Shown: piece after piece, positions 17,332-26,547 of the stretch
How the letters are laid out: every line of letters starts with the position of its first letter
Position numbering within the stretch: position 1 is the stretch's first letter
Virus record (IMG/VR): IMGVR_UViG_3300042914_003231
Location: 1 to 64,000 of that record
Length of the DNA stretch: 64,000 nucleotides
Reading direction: 5' to 3' (one strand)
Source of the DNA: a virus
Lineage: Duplodnaviria; Heunggongvirae; Uroviricota; Caudoviricetes
Translations under genes and position numbers: made by a program
The notes under the pieces: model-generated
What the model was told of the DNA's origin: nothing
The model's input: the letters and a program-made list of their open reading frames with translations, nothing else
Databases searched by the model: none

Positions 17332-17407
17332 GGTCTGTTAGGGGAGTCCGGCCGTCCCTACCTCACTGTCTATGAGGGGATCACGGGTTCGAATCCCGTA
17401 CAGACCG
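17332..17407 (+). tRNA. tRNA-Asp (GTC)
   Basis: acceptor ggtctgt/acagacc; anticodon stem cctca/tgagg, loop ctGTCta. Confidence 0.7.
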
Positions 17408-17518
17408 CTGGGCGGTAGTCTAATGAGCAGGGTTAGTAGCGTGCTGACTAACTAGTCTTAGGACGATCATCTTATGGGATGATAGATATCAGTAACCATT
17501 CTGATCTGCCCCACCAAT

Positions 17519-17590
17519 TGCCCCTTAGCTCAGCGGTAGAGCAAAACCCTGTTAAGGTTGAGGTCCTAGGTTCAATCCCTAGAGGGGCAG
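17519..17590 (+). tRNA. tRNA-Asn (GTT)
   Basis: acceptor tgcccct/aggggca; loop ctGTTaa. Confidence 0.7.
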
Positions 17591-17595
17591 CAAAT

Positions 17596-17670
17596 AGACG
17601 AGTAGCTCAGCCTGGTTAGAGCGCCCGCCTGATACGCGGAGGGTCACAGGTTCAAATCCTGTCTTGTCTA
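17596..17670 (+). tRNA. tRNA-Ile (GAT)
   Basis: loop ctGATac; T-loop ttcaaat. Confidence 0.7.
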
Positions 17671-17727
17671 CTTTGGGACCGTTTGGTAGTGACATAGTCT
17701 TGAACTAGATCATAGAAACTATCACAT

Positions 17728-17800
17728 AGGAGTATAGCTCAGTTGGGAGAGCATCCGGTTTACATCCGGACGGTCCAAGGTTCGAGTCCTTGTATTCCTA
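17728..17800 (+). tRNA. tRNA-Val (TAC)
   Basis: anticodon stem tccgg/ccgga, loop ttTACat. Confidence 0.75.
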
Positions 17801-17885
17801 CAAACTTTAAAGATTTAAACTTATAATGTTTACACTATTAAAATATAAGGTTATAAAGAGAAGGATAAAACCTTAACTCATTATT

Positions 17886-17957
17886 CCCTCATAGCTTAGT
17901 GGTAAAGCAGTATACTTTTAATATACGGAGCGGCAGTTCGATTCTGCCTGGGGGAAC
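17886..17957 (+). tRNA. tRNA-Lys (TTT)
   Basis: perfect anticodon stem gtata/tatac, loop ctTTTaa. Confidence 0.75.
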
Positions 17958-17963
17958 TTTAAA

Positions 17964-18035
17964 CCCCCGTAGCTCAATGGAAGAGTAAGAGACTTCTAAG
18001 CTCAAGGTTACCAGTTCGAGTCTGGTCGGGGGTTC
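17964..18035 (+). tRNA. tRNA-Arg (TCT)
   Basis: acceptor acccccg/cgggggt; loop ctTCTaa (anticodon stem imperfect). Confidence 0.6.
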
Positions 18036-18041
18036 TGAATA

Positions 18042-18114
18042 GGCCCTTAGCTCAGTTGGTTAGAGCAGTACTCTTATAAGGTAAAGGTCACCGGTTCAAA
18101 CCCGGTAGGGCCTA
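18042..18114 (+). tRNA. tRNA-Ile (TAT), reads AUA
   Basis: acceptor aggccct/agggcct; loop ctTATaa. Confidence 0.6.
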
Positions 18115-18124
18115 CATAATATTT

Positions 18125-18199
18125 AGCGGGGTGACTGGAGTTGGTTCCAGCACAGCCTCATAAACTGTACAGACGCGGGTTCGAGTCCCGCCCCCGCTA
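18125..18199 (+). tRNA. tRNA-Met (CAT)
   Basis: acceptor agcgggg/ccccgct; loop ctCATaa. Confidence 0.7.
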
Positions 18200-18265
18200 C
18201 AATGAGTGCTAATGACACCTGATAAAGGAGGGGATATATTACCAGGTCCCCCGACACTCAGTAAC

Positions 18266-18337
18266 GCTCCCATCATCTAGGGGTCAGGATATCAGGTTTT
18301 CGACCTGAGCACCAGGGTTCGAATCCCTGTGGGAGTA
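18266..18337 (+). tRNA. tRNA-Glu (TTC)
   Basis: anticodon stem tcagg/cctga, loop ttTTCga. Confidence 0.7.
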
Positions 18338-18342
18338 CTTAA

Positions 18343-18415
18343 GCTTGAGTAGCACAATTGGTAGTGCACCTCCCTTGTAAGGAGAAGGTTGTCAGTTCGA
18401 GTCTGACCTCAAGCT
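18343..18415 (+). tRNA. tRNA-Thr (TGT)
   Basis: acceptor gcttgag/ctcaagc; loop ctTGTaa. Confidence 0.75.
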
Positions 18416-18417
18416 CT

Positions 18418-18491
18418 GTGTCTGTAGAGGAATTGGTAGACTCCCCGGAATGTGGATCCGGTGCTTGTGGGTTCAAGTCCCATCAGACACC
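18418..18491 (+). tRNA. tRNA-His (GTG)
   Basis: acceptor gtgtctg/cagacac; anticodon stem ccgga/tccgg, loop atGTGga. Confidence 0.7.
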
Positions 18492-18497
18492 CCATTA

Positions 18498-18571
18498 GTT
18501 CTCATAGCTCAATTGGATAGAGTCCTTGACTACGGATCAAGAGGTTGAAGGTTCGACTCCTTCTGAGAACA
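18498..18571 (+). tRNA. tRNA-Arg (ACG)
   Basis: acceptor gttctca/tgagaac; anticodon stem cttga/tcaag, loop ctACGga. Confidence 0.75.
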
Positions 18572-18576
18572 CATAA

Positions 18577-18647
18577 TGCCCTTTCGTCTAACGGCAGGAC
18601 CTGTGGTTTTGGGCCACATGATCGAGGTTCGAATCCTTGAGGGGCAA
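18577..18647 (+). tRNA. tRNA-Gln (TTG)
   Basis: anticodon stem tgtgg/ccaca, loop ttTTGgg. Confidence 0.65.
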
Positions 18648-18716
18648 CTAGTTTTTTATTGTTTGCACATCCAAAGTTTTTTTGTATATTAGCAATAATT
18701 TTCATATATTATTAAT

Positions 18717-19607
18717 ATGGATGTAGTAAACTTTGATGCTCTCAAAGCACAGGGCAAAATTATAAAAATATCAGATGTGAATCCTGATGAGGATTACTTC
18801 ATCATTGGTCATTATGATCCGCGAAGAAGAGAATTTAAAGCTACTGATTACCCTATCTATGCTATAAAAGCACGTGATGTTTTAAATTCTTCAAATGCTT
18901 TTAATAATCCTTTTGATTTCTATTTAGATGGTAATGCTCCTGCAGGAGGGGATGGCTCAGCAAGTAATCCTTTTAATTTATTTTCTCAAGCCGTTGCCTA
19001 TATTAATACACTTCCTTCAGCAACATATACTCTATATGTATTGCCGTACAGTTATACAGAATCATCCCCGGTTATTAATCTACCAAACAATTCTGCTCTA
19101 AATATAATAGGAGTAGTAGCTAATTCTTGTAGCTTTAATTTTAATGTACAATTTACCGCAATACCAGCTTCCTCATATGCTGTATGGTATGAAAATATTG
19201 CTTTTAGTAATTTTGAACTAGATCTTTCTTTAGCATCTTTTGCTTCTATATCCTTTACAGGTTCTAAGGTAGATCTTATAAGAACAGATTCTAATCCTTC
19301 TACTATAGTGACATTACAAGGTGCAATGTTTGCCTCTACCCTTTCCGGTAGAGTTTTATGGTTAAATGGTGTAATGTTTGGTGATATTAATGTTCAAACA
19401 AATGGTGAGTTGTTTTGTAATACGGTATTACAACTACAAGGACAATTTAAGTTAACAGGATCTGCTAAGTTAAAAACTTTAAGTATGCCAAACCCTACAC
19501 CTAATGGTGTAGATGGTATTCCTGTAGGTTTGAATATACCGGTTTGGAGAACTGATGCTGCAAGTGATGAAACTTTTACAGGAACTCTTACAAAAATAAT
19601 ATATTAA
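18717..19607 (+). CDS. tail-fibre-like structural protein (paralog 1)
   Basis: N-terminal 60 aa closely resemble the next ORF (MDVVNFDALKAQGKIIKISD versus MEILNIESLIAQGKILKASE ...DYxIIG...Y.IKA.D). Confidence 0.55.
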   Translation: MDVVNFDALKAQGKIIKISDVNPDEDYFIIGHYDPRRREFKATDYPIYAIKARDVLNSSNAFNNPFDFYLDGNAPAGGDGSASNPFNLFSQAVAYINTLPSATYTLYVLPYSYTESSPVINLPNNSALNIIGVVANSCSFNFNVQFTAIPASSYAVWYENIAFSNFELDLSLASFASISFTGSKVDLIRTDSNPSTIVTLQGAMFASTLSGRVLWLNGVMFGDINVQTNGELFCNTVLQLQGQFKLTGSAKLKTLSMPNPTPNGVDGIPVGLNIPVWRTDAASDETFTGTLTKIIY

Positions 19608-19609
19608 TT

Positions 19610-20287
19610 ATGGAAATTTTAAACATAGAATCTTTAATAGCTCAAGGGAAAATTTTGAAAGCATCAGAATTAGATTCTCAAAATGACTATTTGATAATAG
19701 GAAAGTATCAAACTGGTAACAGAAAAAAGGCTGGTGATTTTAATGCTTATCCTGCTTATGTTATTAAAGCAGGGGATTTTAGCACACCTAAGATTTTTGC
19801 AGAATTTTCTGATAAATTAACACAATCCACTCCTAATGCTAATGAAGCATCGGCTATTGAACTTAACAGTTCTGCATCTTTTAATAGTCCTGAGATTACT
19901 ACTATTTTAGATACAAATAATAAATTAACTATTATAAATTTTAGCAAGCCCGGTATTTATAATGTTGAGTTCAACATTCAGATCGCTAGAGTTTCTACAG
20001 GATTAAGTAATGATAATGTTAGATTATGGATTAGGCAAAATGGTATAAATATATCAAGAACTCTTAGAGTAATTAACATACAAAGAAATGTAGATGAATC
20101 TGAAATTATACTTTCTGGTAATTATTTTATAGAAATACAAAATATTAACGATACTGTTCAGTTAATGTGGAATACTACAGATAGAAATGTTGTATTACAA
20201 CCTATACCTGGAGCATTTGCTCAACCTGATGTTAGAGCTTATCCAGACGGATATTCAGTATTAGTAACTATTAATAAAGTTAATTAA
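19610..20287 (+). CDS. tail-fibre-like structural protein (paralog 2)
   Basis: shares the N-terminal domain with 18717-19607; divergent C-terminus. Confidence 0.55.
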   Translation: MEILNIESLIAQGKILKASELDSQNDYLIIGKYQTGNRKKAGDFNAYPAYVIKAGDFSTPKIFAEFSDKLTQSTPNANEASAIELNSSASFNSPEITTILDTNNKLTIINFSKPGIYNVEFNIQIARVSTGLSNDNVRLWIRQNGINISRTLRVINIQRNVDESEIILSGNYFIEIQNINDTVQLMWNTTDRNVVLQPIPGAFAQPDVRAYPDGYSVLVTINKVN

Positions 20288-20622
20288 TGTCAATAGGTAA
20301 TTTAAAAACTAACGGAAATAAGGGGAACAATTTTCCTTATCAACTAGCAGTATTAGAGTTGCTAAGACAAATAGCTTCTGGTACAGGAGGATCTGGTGTT
20401 GCAAGAGCTTCATCTATGATCAGAAGTTCTTCTGCAGGTTCTATTTCTGCAGGTGCAAAATCTGTTTCTTTTTACAATTCAGGAACTGTAAATGCTACAG
20501 TTTTAGGAAGTGCTCTTAAACCAGGTGAACAAGTAACTTTTAGTGTAGAAAATCCAGACACACTTCAAACTATTCCTTATTCAGGTGTAGGAACTGATTT
20601 ATTAATAACTACAATAGTATAA
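20287..20622 (+). CDS. small structural protein (MSIGNLK family, copy 1)
   Basis: N-terminus MSIGNLKTNGNKGNNFPYQLAVLELL is near-identical to the 23007 ORF. Confidence 0.5.
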   Translation: MSIGNLKTNGNKGNNFPYQLAVLELLRQIASGTGGSGVARASSMIRSSSAGSISAGAKSVSFYNSGTVNATVLGSALKPGEQVTFSVENPDTLQTIPYSGVGTDLLITTIV

Positions 20623-20623
20623 G

Positions 20624-21361
20624 ATGCCAAAAACAGACATAAGACAATTTTGTATACCACCTTATGCAGCTCCGGCATTTACTGGTTTTTCCATACAGGG
20701 ACAGCCTAGTATTATTGAAGTAGGTGTTCCTTTATCAGGTGTAAAAACTTTTTTATGGTCTACAAGTAATAGTAGTAATGTACAACCAAATACTAATGTT
20801 ATTAGGGATGTAACAAACAATATTATACTAGCTTCTGGTTTACCTAATACCGGATCTTCTATTCAGAATATAGGTACTATAGTTAATACTGCTCCTATGA
20901 GTCACTCTTGGAGAGGTGAGGCTGTAGATACACAATCTACTTTATTTATATCATCAAACTTTACAATATCTAGTATCTATCCTTATTTTTGGGGAAAGGT
21001 TTCTAGTGGTGGAGCAGCTCCAGGAGTTAATAGACCTGTTTCTAATCAAGCACTAATTAATAGTGGAAACAAGGTTGTTGCCAGTTCGGCAGGAACAATA
21101 ACTATAAACTTTAATACCACTTCTGATGATTATTTTTGGTTTGCTGTACCGGCTAGCATGCCTATAAAAACAAATTGGTATGTTAATGTGATTAACAACG
21201 GTAGTATTGGTGGTCCTGTTTCTTTGGGGGGTAATTTGTTTCCGGCACCTGATTCTGTAATTATAAATAGTCCTTCCGCTTTATGGAACAATATATTATA
21301 CAACATATATGTAACAAACTATCAAAGTGCAATAACTGTTCCTATGAATCTTAACAATTAG
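20624..21361 (+). CDS. hypothetical structural protein
   Basis: 245-aa ORF sitting inside the fibre module. Confidence 0.5.
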   Translation: MPKTDIRQFCIPPYAAPAFTGFSIQGQPSIIEVGVPLSGVKTFLWSTSNSSNVQPNTNVIRDVTNNIILASGLPNTGSSIQNIGTIVNTAPMSHSWRGEAVDTQSTLFISSNFTISSIYPYFWGKVSSGGAAPGVNRPVSNQALINSGNKVVASSAGTITINFNTTSDDYFWFAVPASMPIKTNWYVNVINNGSIGGPVSLGGNLFPAPDSVIINSPSALWNNILYNIYVTNYQSAITVPMNLNN

Positions 21362-21364
21362 ACA

Positions 21365-22756
21365 ATGGCAATATTATTAAGTGATAATTTACAAAACAAT
21401 AGTCCAAAACCTTTAGATGCAAAATATCTAAATGGAGTTACTCCTTGGGCATCTGTTGCTGCAGCTAATGCCGGTATAGCTCTTACTGAAAGATCTATAG
21501 GTTTAACAGTTAATATAAACAATGTAGAATATTGGTATGCTGCAGGAATCACTAATAGTGATCTTGTTATTAAATCAGGAGGTTCTGGATCACTACCAAT
21601 TGTAAGATATGTATATCTAGTACAAGATGCTTCTGATGCAACTAAAATGGGTGGTACTTTAAACAACGTGTATACTACATTTCAATCAGCTTATAATGCT
21701 GCAAATGTTTTACAAGTGTCGTTGGGAGGCTCTAATATTGTTGTTGTTCAAGTAGGAAATATTACAGCAGCTGCTGCTGGAGATTTAACATTAACCAGTA
21801 ATTATAATAGATTTGTGCAGTTTTCTGGAATAAGTATTGTTTCTTCTGTATTAGGAAATATAATTGCAACAAATTCTTCTGGAAATGGGTATACTGTAGG
21901 TAACGGTACCTTACAACCAGTTTTTTTTACTAATATAAGAATAGGAAACATAAATACAAACGCTACCGGCATTAGTGGTAATTCTGGAAATGTTTCTTTA
22001 AGAGTTAATAGTGTTCAGGTTGGAAACATAGATACTTCAATAACAAACGTAACTAACACAACAGGAAATGGAGGTTCTTTCACTTATAATGTAAATACAA
22101 ATAATTTTGCTGTTTTCGGAAATATAACTACATCAAGTCAAGGTTCTCTTAGTAGTGCTGGAAGTGTAAGCATATCATCTTCTAATTTTGTTTTTTCTAA
22201 CATAACTACTAGCAACGGAAATCAAGGTGGAGTAATCTCAATAGATGCTTCTTCTGGAAGATTTTTAGGAACTTCAATAACTATAAATACTACAAGTACA
22301 GTAAGTGCTAATATATTGACTTTGAGAAATGGAAATGTTAATAATATAAATGTAACAAGTGATAAAAATATAAACATTACAAATTGCACTTTAATATCAG
22401 CAACTTTCTCTAATTCAATAATTCAAAATACTTTAAATATAGTCAGTTCAATTATTAGTGGAGTTTTAACAACTAATCCTTTAACAAAATCAATAATTAA
22501 ATTATCTTCTTTGTCTAATATTATTAATTTAGGAGATGATTCTTTTATTGTAAATACTGTAGTTGATTTTCAAAATACAGTTACACCTGCTATAAACGGA
22601 ATAGGTTCAAACTGTACAATAGTAAATTCATCTATATTAGGTGGTAGTTTAAGTATAGATAATAGCACTCCTCAAATAGTTCAAATAAGCGGAGTATCTT
22701 CAACTCCATTAATTTATATTCAAAACACAATAGGAGTAAATATAACCTTAGCTTAA
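21365..22756 (+). CDS. N/S/T-rich beta-helix-like tail fibre or spike protein
   Basis: 463 aa of degenerate repeats with the pattern (N/S)I(T/S)xxNxx...GNI. Confidence 0.55.
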   Translation: MAILLSDNLQNNSPKPLDAKYLNGVTPWASVAAANAGIALTERSIGLTVNINNVEYWYAAGITNSDLVIKSGGSGSLPIVRYVYLVQDASDATKMGGTLNNVYTTFQSAYNAANVLQVSLGGSNIVVVQVGNITAAAAGDLTLTSNYNRFVQFSGISIVSSVLGNIIATNSSGNGYTVGNGTLQPVFFTNIRIGNINTNATGISGNSGNVSLRVNSVQVGNIDTSITNVTNTTGNGGSFTYNVNTNNFAVFGNITTSSQGSLSSAGSVSISSSNFVFSNITTSNGNQGGVISIDASSGRFLGTSITINTTSTVSANILTLRNGNVNNINVTSDKNINITNCTLISATFSNSIIQNTLNIVSSIISGVLTTNPLTKSIIKLSSLSNIINLGDDSFIVNTVVDFQNTVTPAINGIGSNCTIVNSSILGGSLSIDNSTPQIVQISGVSSTPLIYIQNTIGVNITLA

Positions 22757-22767
22757 AAACAAAGTTT

Positions 22768-23010
22768 ATGAAAATAACATTTAACATAAAAACAATAAAA
22801 ATAAAACCAGCTACTGAAGCAGAAATTGCTGAAGTTTCTGAAGCTGAATTAATTTCAATATCTGACATGCCAACTGAAAAAAAAATAGTAGCTTTAGTAA
22901 ATGTGCTAGGAATAGATAGAGTTATTACGTTATGGGAAGATGAAGCTTATGATAAAGTAGGAGATTGGAGTCAAGAACAAGCAAACCAAAAAATAATAGA
23001 ATTATTATGA
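22768..23010 (+). CDS. small acidic protein
   Basis: 80-aa ORF. Confidence 0.4.
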   Translation: MKITFNIKTIKIKPATEAEIAEVSEAELISISDMPTEKKIVALVNVLGIDRVITLWEDEAYDKVGDWSQEQANQKIIELL

Positions 23011-23510
23011 GTATAGGAAACTTAAAAAATAATGGTAATAAAGGTAACAATTTTCCTTATCAATTAGCGGTCTTAGAATTGCTTAATAGTATAGCAAATT
23101 CTGGATCAAATCCTTGTTGCCCTACTGCTGCCACAGAAGCTACACTTTTAACTAGATTAAGTAAAGCAGACTTTGAAGCAAGGATTAATACTCTTGGTCA
23201 AAAGACTATGAATGAATCTACTCCAGTAACTTTAGCTATTGATCAATCTTCTATTCCGGTTACCCTACCTGCAGGTGTATCTCTTACTCCAAGTCTTGTA
23301 CTTGTTCCTGCTAATACAGCACTTACAAATACAGTAGCTGGTAAGAAGCAGGTGAGTATGCGCGCTAGTGGAGGAAATGTAACAATAGGGGGTGTAGCTG
23401 TACCTAACGGAACTACTCTTACTTATACAGCTGAAGGAAATAATACTATAGGATCTATATCTTATCAAACTGGTGCAGGCTCAACAATATTAATCTCTTA
23501 TTTGACATAA
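23007..23510 (+). CDS. structural protein (MSIGNLK family, copy 2)
   Basis: start moved to the internal ATG that gives MSIGNLKNNGNKGNNFPYQLAVLELL. Confidence 0.5.
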   Translation: MSIGNLKNNGNKGNNFPYQLAVLELLNSIANSGSNPCCPTAATEATLLTRLSKADFEARINTLGQKTMNESTPVTLAIDQSSIPVTLPAGVSLTPSLVLVPANTALTNTVAGKKQVSMRASGGNVTIGGVAVPNGTTLTYTAEGNNTIGSISYQTGAGSTILISYLT

Positions 23511-23511
23511 C

Positions 23512-24375
23512 ATGGTAGGAATAGAACAACAACTTGACGGTAATATTGTAGATGGATTATATGCAGCTAATACGCCATCTACAAGTAATCCTGTAGCAAC
23601 AATGGCTGATGTTGGACAAGGTATACCTCCTTTTGCAGATCAAAGACAATATGTTCAAGTTACAAATTTTGATACTGGTAGTTTACCAGTTGGATGGACA
23701 GGTAGTGTTACTGGAACAGGTGCTTCAATAGTATATACTCAAGTAAGCGACTCAGGAGTATCACCAGGTTTAGCTTTAGCCACTCTAGGTACAGCAGTAA
23801 ATGCAAGAGTATCTATTCTAACTGGTTCTGGTTTTCAGTACATGAGAACCTTTACAGATGGTCCTGAGTCAACTTGTTTTATTCAAATGAGGTGGAGTGG
23901 TGTGCCAAGCCCTACTAATTGCGCCCAAATTCTTGGGTGGATAAATTCAAATAGTTTTTCGCCATTACCTACAATGGGAAATGCACTTGCCATTATGTAC
24001 GACCCATCAAACGCAAGTACATTTAATCCAGGGCTTATAACTAATTTATTCCTTATTGCAAGATCAAATTATAATGGTCCAACAGCAAATACTATTGTTG
24101 ATTTAGGTTTTACTTTCGATGCTTCTAATTGGCATTCTTACAAAATCACATATAACACTGTTTTAAATCAAGTAGAAGTTTATAGAGATAATATTCTAAT
24201 AACAACATTAACAAATTTGAATAATGTTCCAGGTGGATCTATAAGAGGTGTAATTCCTACAGGAGCTACTAACGGTTTACAAGCTGGTTTTTATATAGGA
24301 AATGGAGCCGTTGCCCCTGCAACAGGAACAGCAATAAGAGTGTCAAAGATTAGCGTATTTAAAAGATATTCATAA
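23512..24375 (+). CDS. possible lectin/ConA-like receptor-binding protein
   Basis: 287 aa; C-terminal beta-rich region (GFTFDASNWHSYKITYNTVLNQVEVYRDN); the fold call is a guess. Confidence 0.45.
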   Translation: MVGIEQQLDGNIVDGLYAANTPSTSNPVATMADVGQGIPPFADQRQYVQVTNFDTGSLPVGWTGSVTGTGASIVYTQVSDSGVSPGLALATLGTAVNARVSILTGSGFQYMRTFTDGPESTCFIQMRWSGVPSPTNCAQILGWINSNSFSPLPTMGNALAIMYDPSNASTFNPGLITNLFLIARSNYNGPTANTIVDLGFTFDASNWHSYKITYNTVLNQVEVYRDNILITTLTNLNNVPGGSIRGVIPTGATNGLQAGFYIGNGAVAPATGTAIRVSKISVFKRYS

Positions 24376-24920
24376 TGGACTTAAAGATATTTCAGATAAA
24401 CTCAGTAATGAATAGTGGTATAGCCACTGTCCAACTTATTAACTATAGACACATTGGCTTGTTTAAAAAGACAATCCAGGATAAAGGACTTGATGTAAAA
24501 ACTGAGTTCTATCAGTACTATGACAACAATGTCTACAGCAATCTTATTGTTGAAGAAGTCTATACCTACATAGAGCAAAATCCTTTGTATTTAGGAATCA
24601 CTACGCAGGTTAACTGGTATGATCTTATTGACACTATAGGAGAAACACAGTCTTTTACTTACATGTTCTTACCAAATGAGATCATTGAGTTTGGTATCAA
24701 GAAGAGAGGAAATATGCTTTCTAATGCTAAGTTGTACGCGTTCCAGCAACTTGGAGTTAATGCTTATACCTTGTTGGATAACTGTGCTGTGGAGATGTCG
24801 ATCTATGTACAAGGTAATACCGCACCTCTTGTAGCTAAGGTAAATACTCAAGTAGGTGTTATACCCGGATTTACTCAACAATTAGCAAATAACATTAATA
24901 ACATATTAACAAATTTATGA
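24375..24920 (+). CDS. hypothetical protein
   Basis: 181-aa ORF translationally coupled on both sides. Confidence 0.5.
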   Translation: MDLKIFQINSVMNSGIATVQLINYRHIGLFKKTIQDKGLDVKTEFYQYYDNNVYSNLIVEEVYTYIEQNPLYLGITTQVNWYDLIDTIGETQSFTYMFLPNEIIEFGIKKRGNMLSNAKLYAFQQLGVNAYTLLDNCAVEMSIYVQGNTAPLVAKVNTQVGVIPGFTQQLANNINNILTNL

Positions 24921-25384
24921 AAGAATTAGCAATAGGTATATGGAGCCTTTTATGGGCAATAATAGTAAGTATTCTGATGTTTAGTATTGGTACATTATAT
25001 TCTTTAATGTATTCTATTTACATGTCTATAACATTTAAAAACAAATGGATGTTTTTTAAATTTTGGTGGAGATTAATTGATGGTTTTGCAGCGGCTATCG
25101 GACATGCTCTTTATGAAATAGCTTATGCTTTGGACCTAGGGTGGAATGTAAATGGAGAAATTTTAGAAGATATGATTACTGCCAAGGAGAATACAAATTT
25201 CTCACATAAAAATATTTCTGTATCAGCAACTACTGGAAAGTTGGAAATTGATGAAGATCTTAATACCTTTGGTAAAGGATTTAGCAAAGCATTGAACTTT
25301 TTCTTTGGTCAAAAACAACATGCTAAAGATGCTTGGTTGTATACTAAAGCCAAAAAAGAATTAAAAGAAGAGTATTTTAAATAA
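24917..25384 (+). CDS. membrane protein
   Basis: 155 aa; N-terminal TM helices. Confidence 0.5.
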   Translation: MKELAIGIWSLLWAIIVSILMFSIGTLYSLMYSIYMSITFKNKWMFFKFWWRLIDGFAAAIGHALYEIAYALDLGWNVNGEILEDMITAKENTNFSHKNISVSATTGKLEIDEDLNTFGKGFSKALNFFFGQKQHAKDAWLYTKAKKELKEEYFK

Positions 25385-25388
25385 AATT

Positions 25389-25796
25389 ATGAATACATCA
25401 ATATTAGGACAAAAATCAAATATGGAAATACTTAAATTTTATTTATTTACTTTTTTTTACTGGTTATTAATATACTTTCAACCTACTCTCGAGTTTGTAT
25501 TATTAGTAGGATTTTTTGTAGTTATGGATACTATTACTGGAATAGCTGGTGCAATAAAAACTGAACAAGCTATTACATCAAAAAAATTTAGAGCCATATT
25601 CCCTAAATTTATAGTATATGGAGCAGCCGTACTTACAGCTCATGTTTTACAAAAGCAATTTTTTCCTGATTTTCCGGCTATGAAAATAGTAGCCGGATTT
25701 GTTGCTTATAGTGAACTCATGTCTATAGATGAGAACATTCAAAAGATTACCGGTTTCAGTGTATTTAAATTCTTTATCAAAAAACTTAAAAAATAA
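25389..25796 (+). CDS. putative holin
   Basis: 135 aa with 3 predicted TM helices and a charged C-terminus (KKLKK); directly precedes the endolysin with a 1-nt overlap. Confidence 0.45.
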   Translation: MNTSILGQKSNMEILKFYLFTFFYWLLIYFQPTLEFVLLVGFFVVMDTITGIAGAIKTEQAITSKKFRAIFPKFIVYGAAVLTAHVLQKQFFPDFPAMKIVAGFVAYSELMSIDENIQKITGFSVFKFFIKKLKK

Positions 25797-26287
25797 TGGA
25801 TAAAATAACTTTAGATAGAATAGCTTTATTACATCCTCAACTGAGAGATGAAGCTTTAGAAATGTACAAAGAGATATGTGACAGATTAGGTAAAAATGTA
25901 ATCTGCAGATTTTCTCATACTTTAAGAACTTTTAAAGAGCAAAATGATCTTTATGCTCAAGGAAGAAGTAAACCTGGAAAAATTGTAACCTTTGCTAAAG
26001 GAGGTCAAAGTTACCATAACTATGGTCTTGCTATTGATATTGTATTTCTTATAGATAAAGATGGCAATGGATCTTATGAAACAGCTTCTTGGGATATATC
26101 AACAGATTGGGATAAAGATGGTACTACTGATTGGAAAGAAGTAGATTTTGTTTTCAACATGTATGGATGGAAAGGTTTGTATAAAGATGGTAAAAGATGG
26201 GACTTCCCGCATTTTCAAAAAGACTTTGGTCTAAATATTGTTAAATTACAAAAACTACCTTTAGTAGGTGGTTATCCTAAACTATAA
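25796..26287 (+). CDS. endolysin, peptidase M15 family (L-Ala-D-Glu or D-Ala-D-Ala peptidase-like)
   Basis: SHTLRTFKEQNDLYAQGR...SYHNYGLAIDIV...DFPHFQ matches the VanY/M15 zinc-peptidase signature. Confidence 0.7.
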   Translation: MDKITLDRIALLHPQLRDEALEMYKEICDRLGKNVICRFSHTLRTFKEQNDLYAQGRSKPGKIVTFAKGGQSYHNYGLAIDIVFLIDKDGNGSYETASWDISTDWDKDGTTDWKEVDFVFNMYGWKGLYKDGKRWDFPHFQKDFGLNIVKLQKLPLVGGYPKL

Positions 26288-26298
26288 AAACACAGATT

Positions 26299-26547
26299 AT
26301 GAAATTACTGAAACAGTATTATTTACCTACTCCTGCTAAATGGAGAAGAATCGGAGATGCATTATTAGCTTCTGCTGGTGTAGTAGGTGGTGGTGGATTA
26401 TTAGCTTTTGATGAGTTAAAAGAAATCTTTGATGCTCATGAACTCAAATTAATTATTGGTGGAGTACTTATCTTAGGTATTAGCGGTAAATTTATTACAA
26501 ACTTCTTTGGCCCAGAGAAAAAAGAAGATCAGACACCAAATGCCTAA
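26299..26547 (+). CDS. small membrane protein of the lysis cassette
   Basis: 82 aa; Gly-rich TM segments. Confidence 0.4.
   Translation: MKLLKQYYLPTPAKWRRIGDALLASAGVVGGGGLLAFDELKEIFDAHELKLIIGGVLILGISGKFITNFFGPEKKEDQTPNA

Noticed and set aside
17149-17407. Possible tmRNA or group-I-intron-like element suggested by a tRNA-like 3' end after a long ORF-free stretch
   Set aside because: The 3' part folds as a complete, canonical tRNA-Asp (GTC) at 17332-17407. The upstream 180 nt is simply a long spacer with a hairpin.
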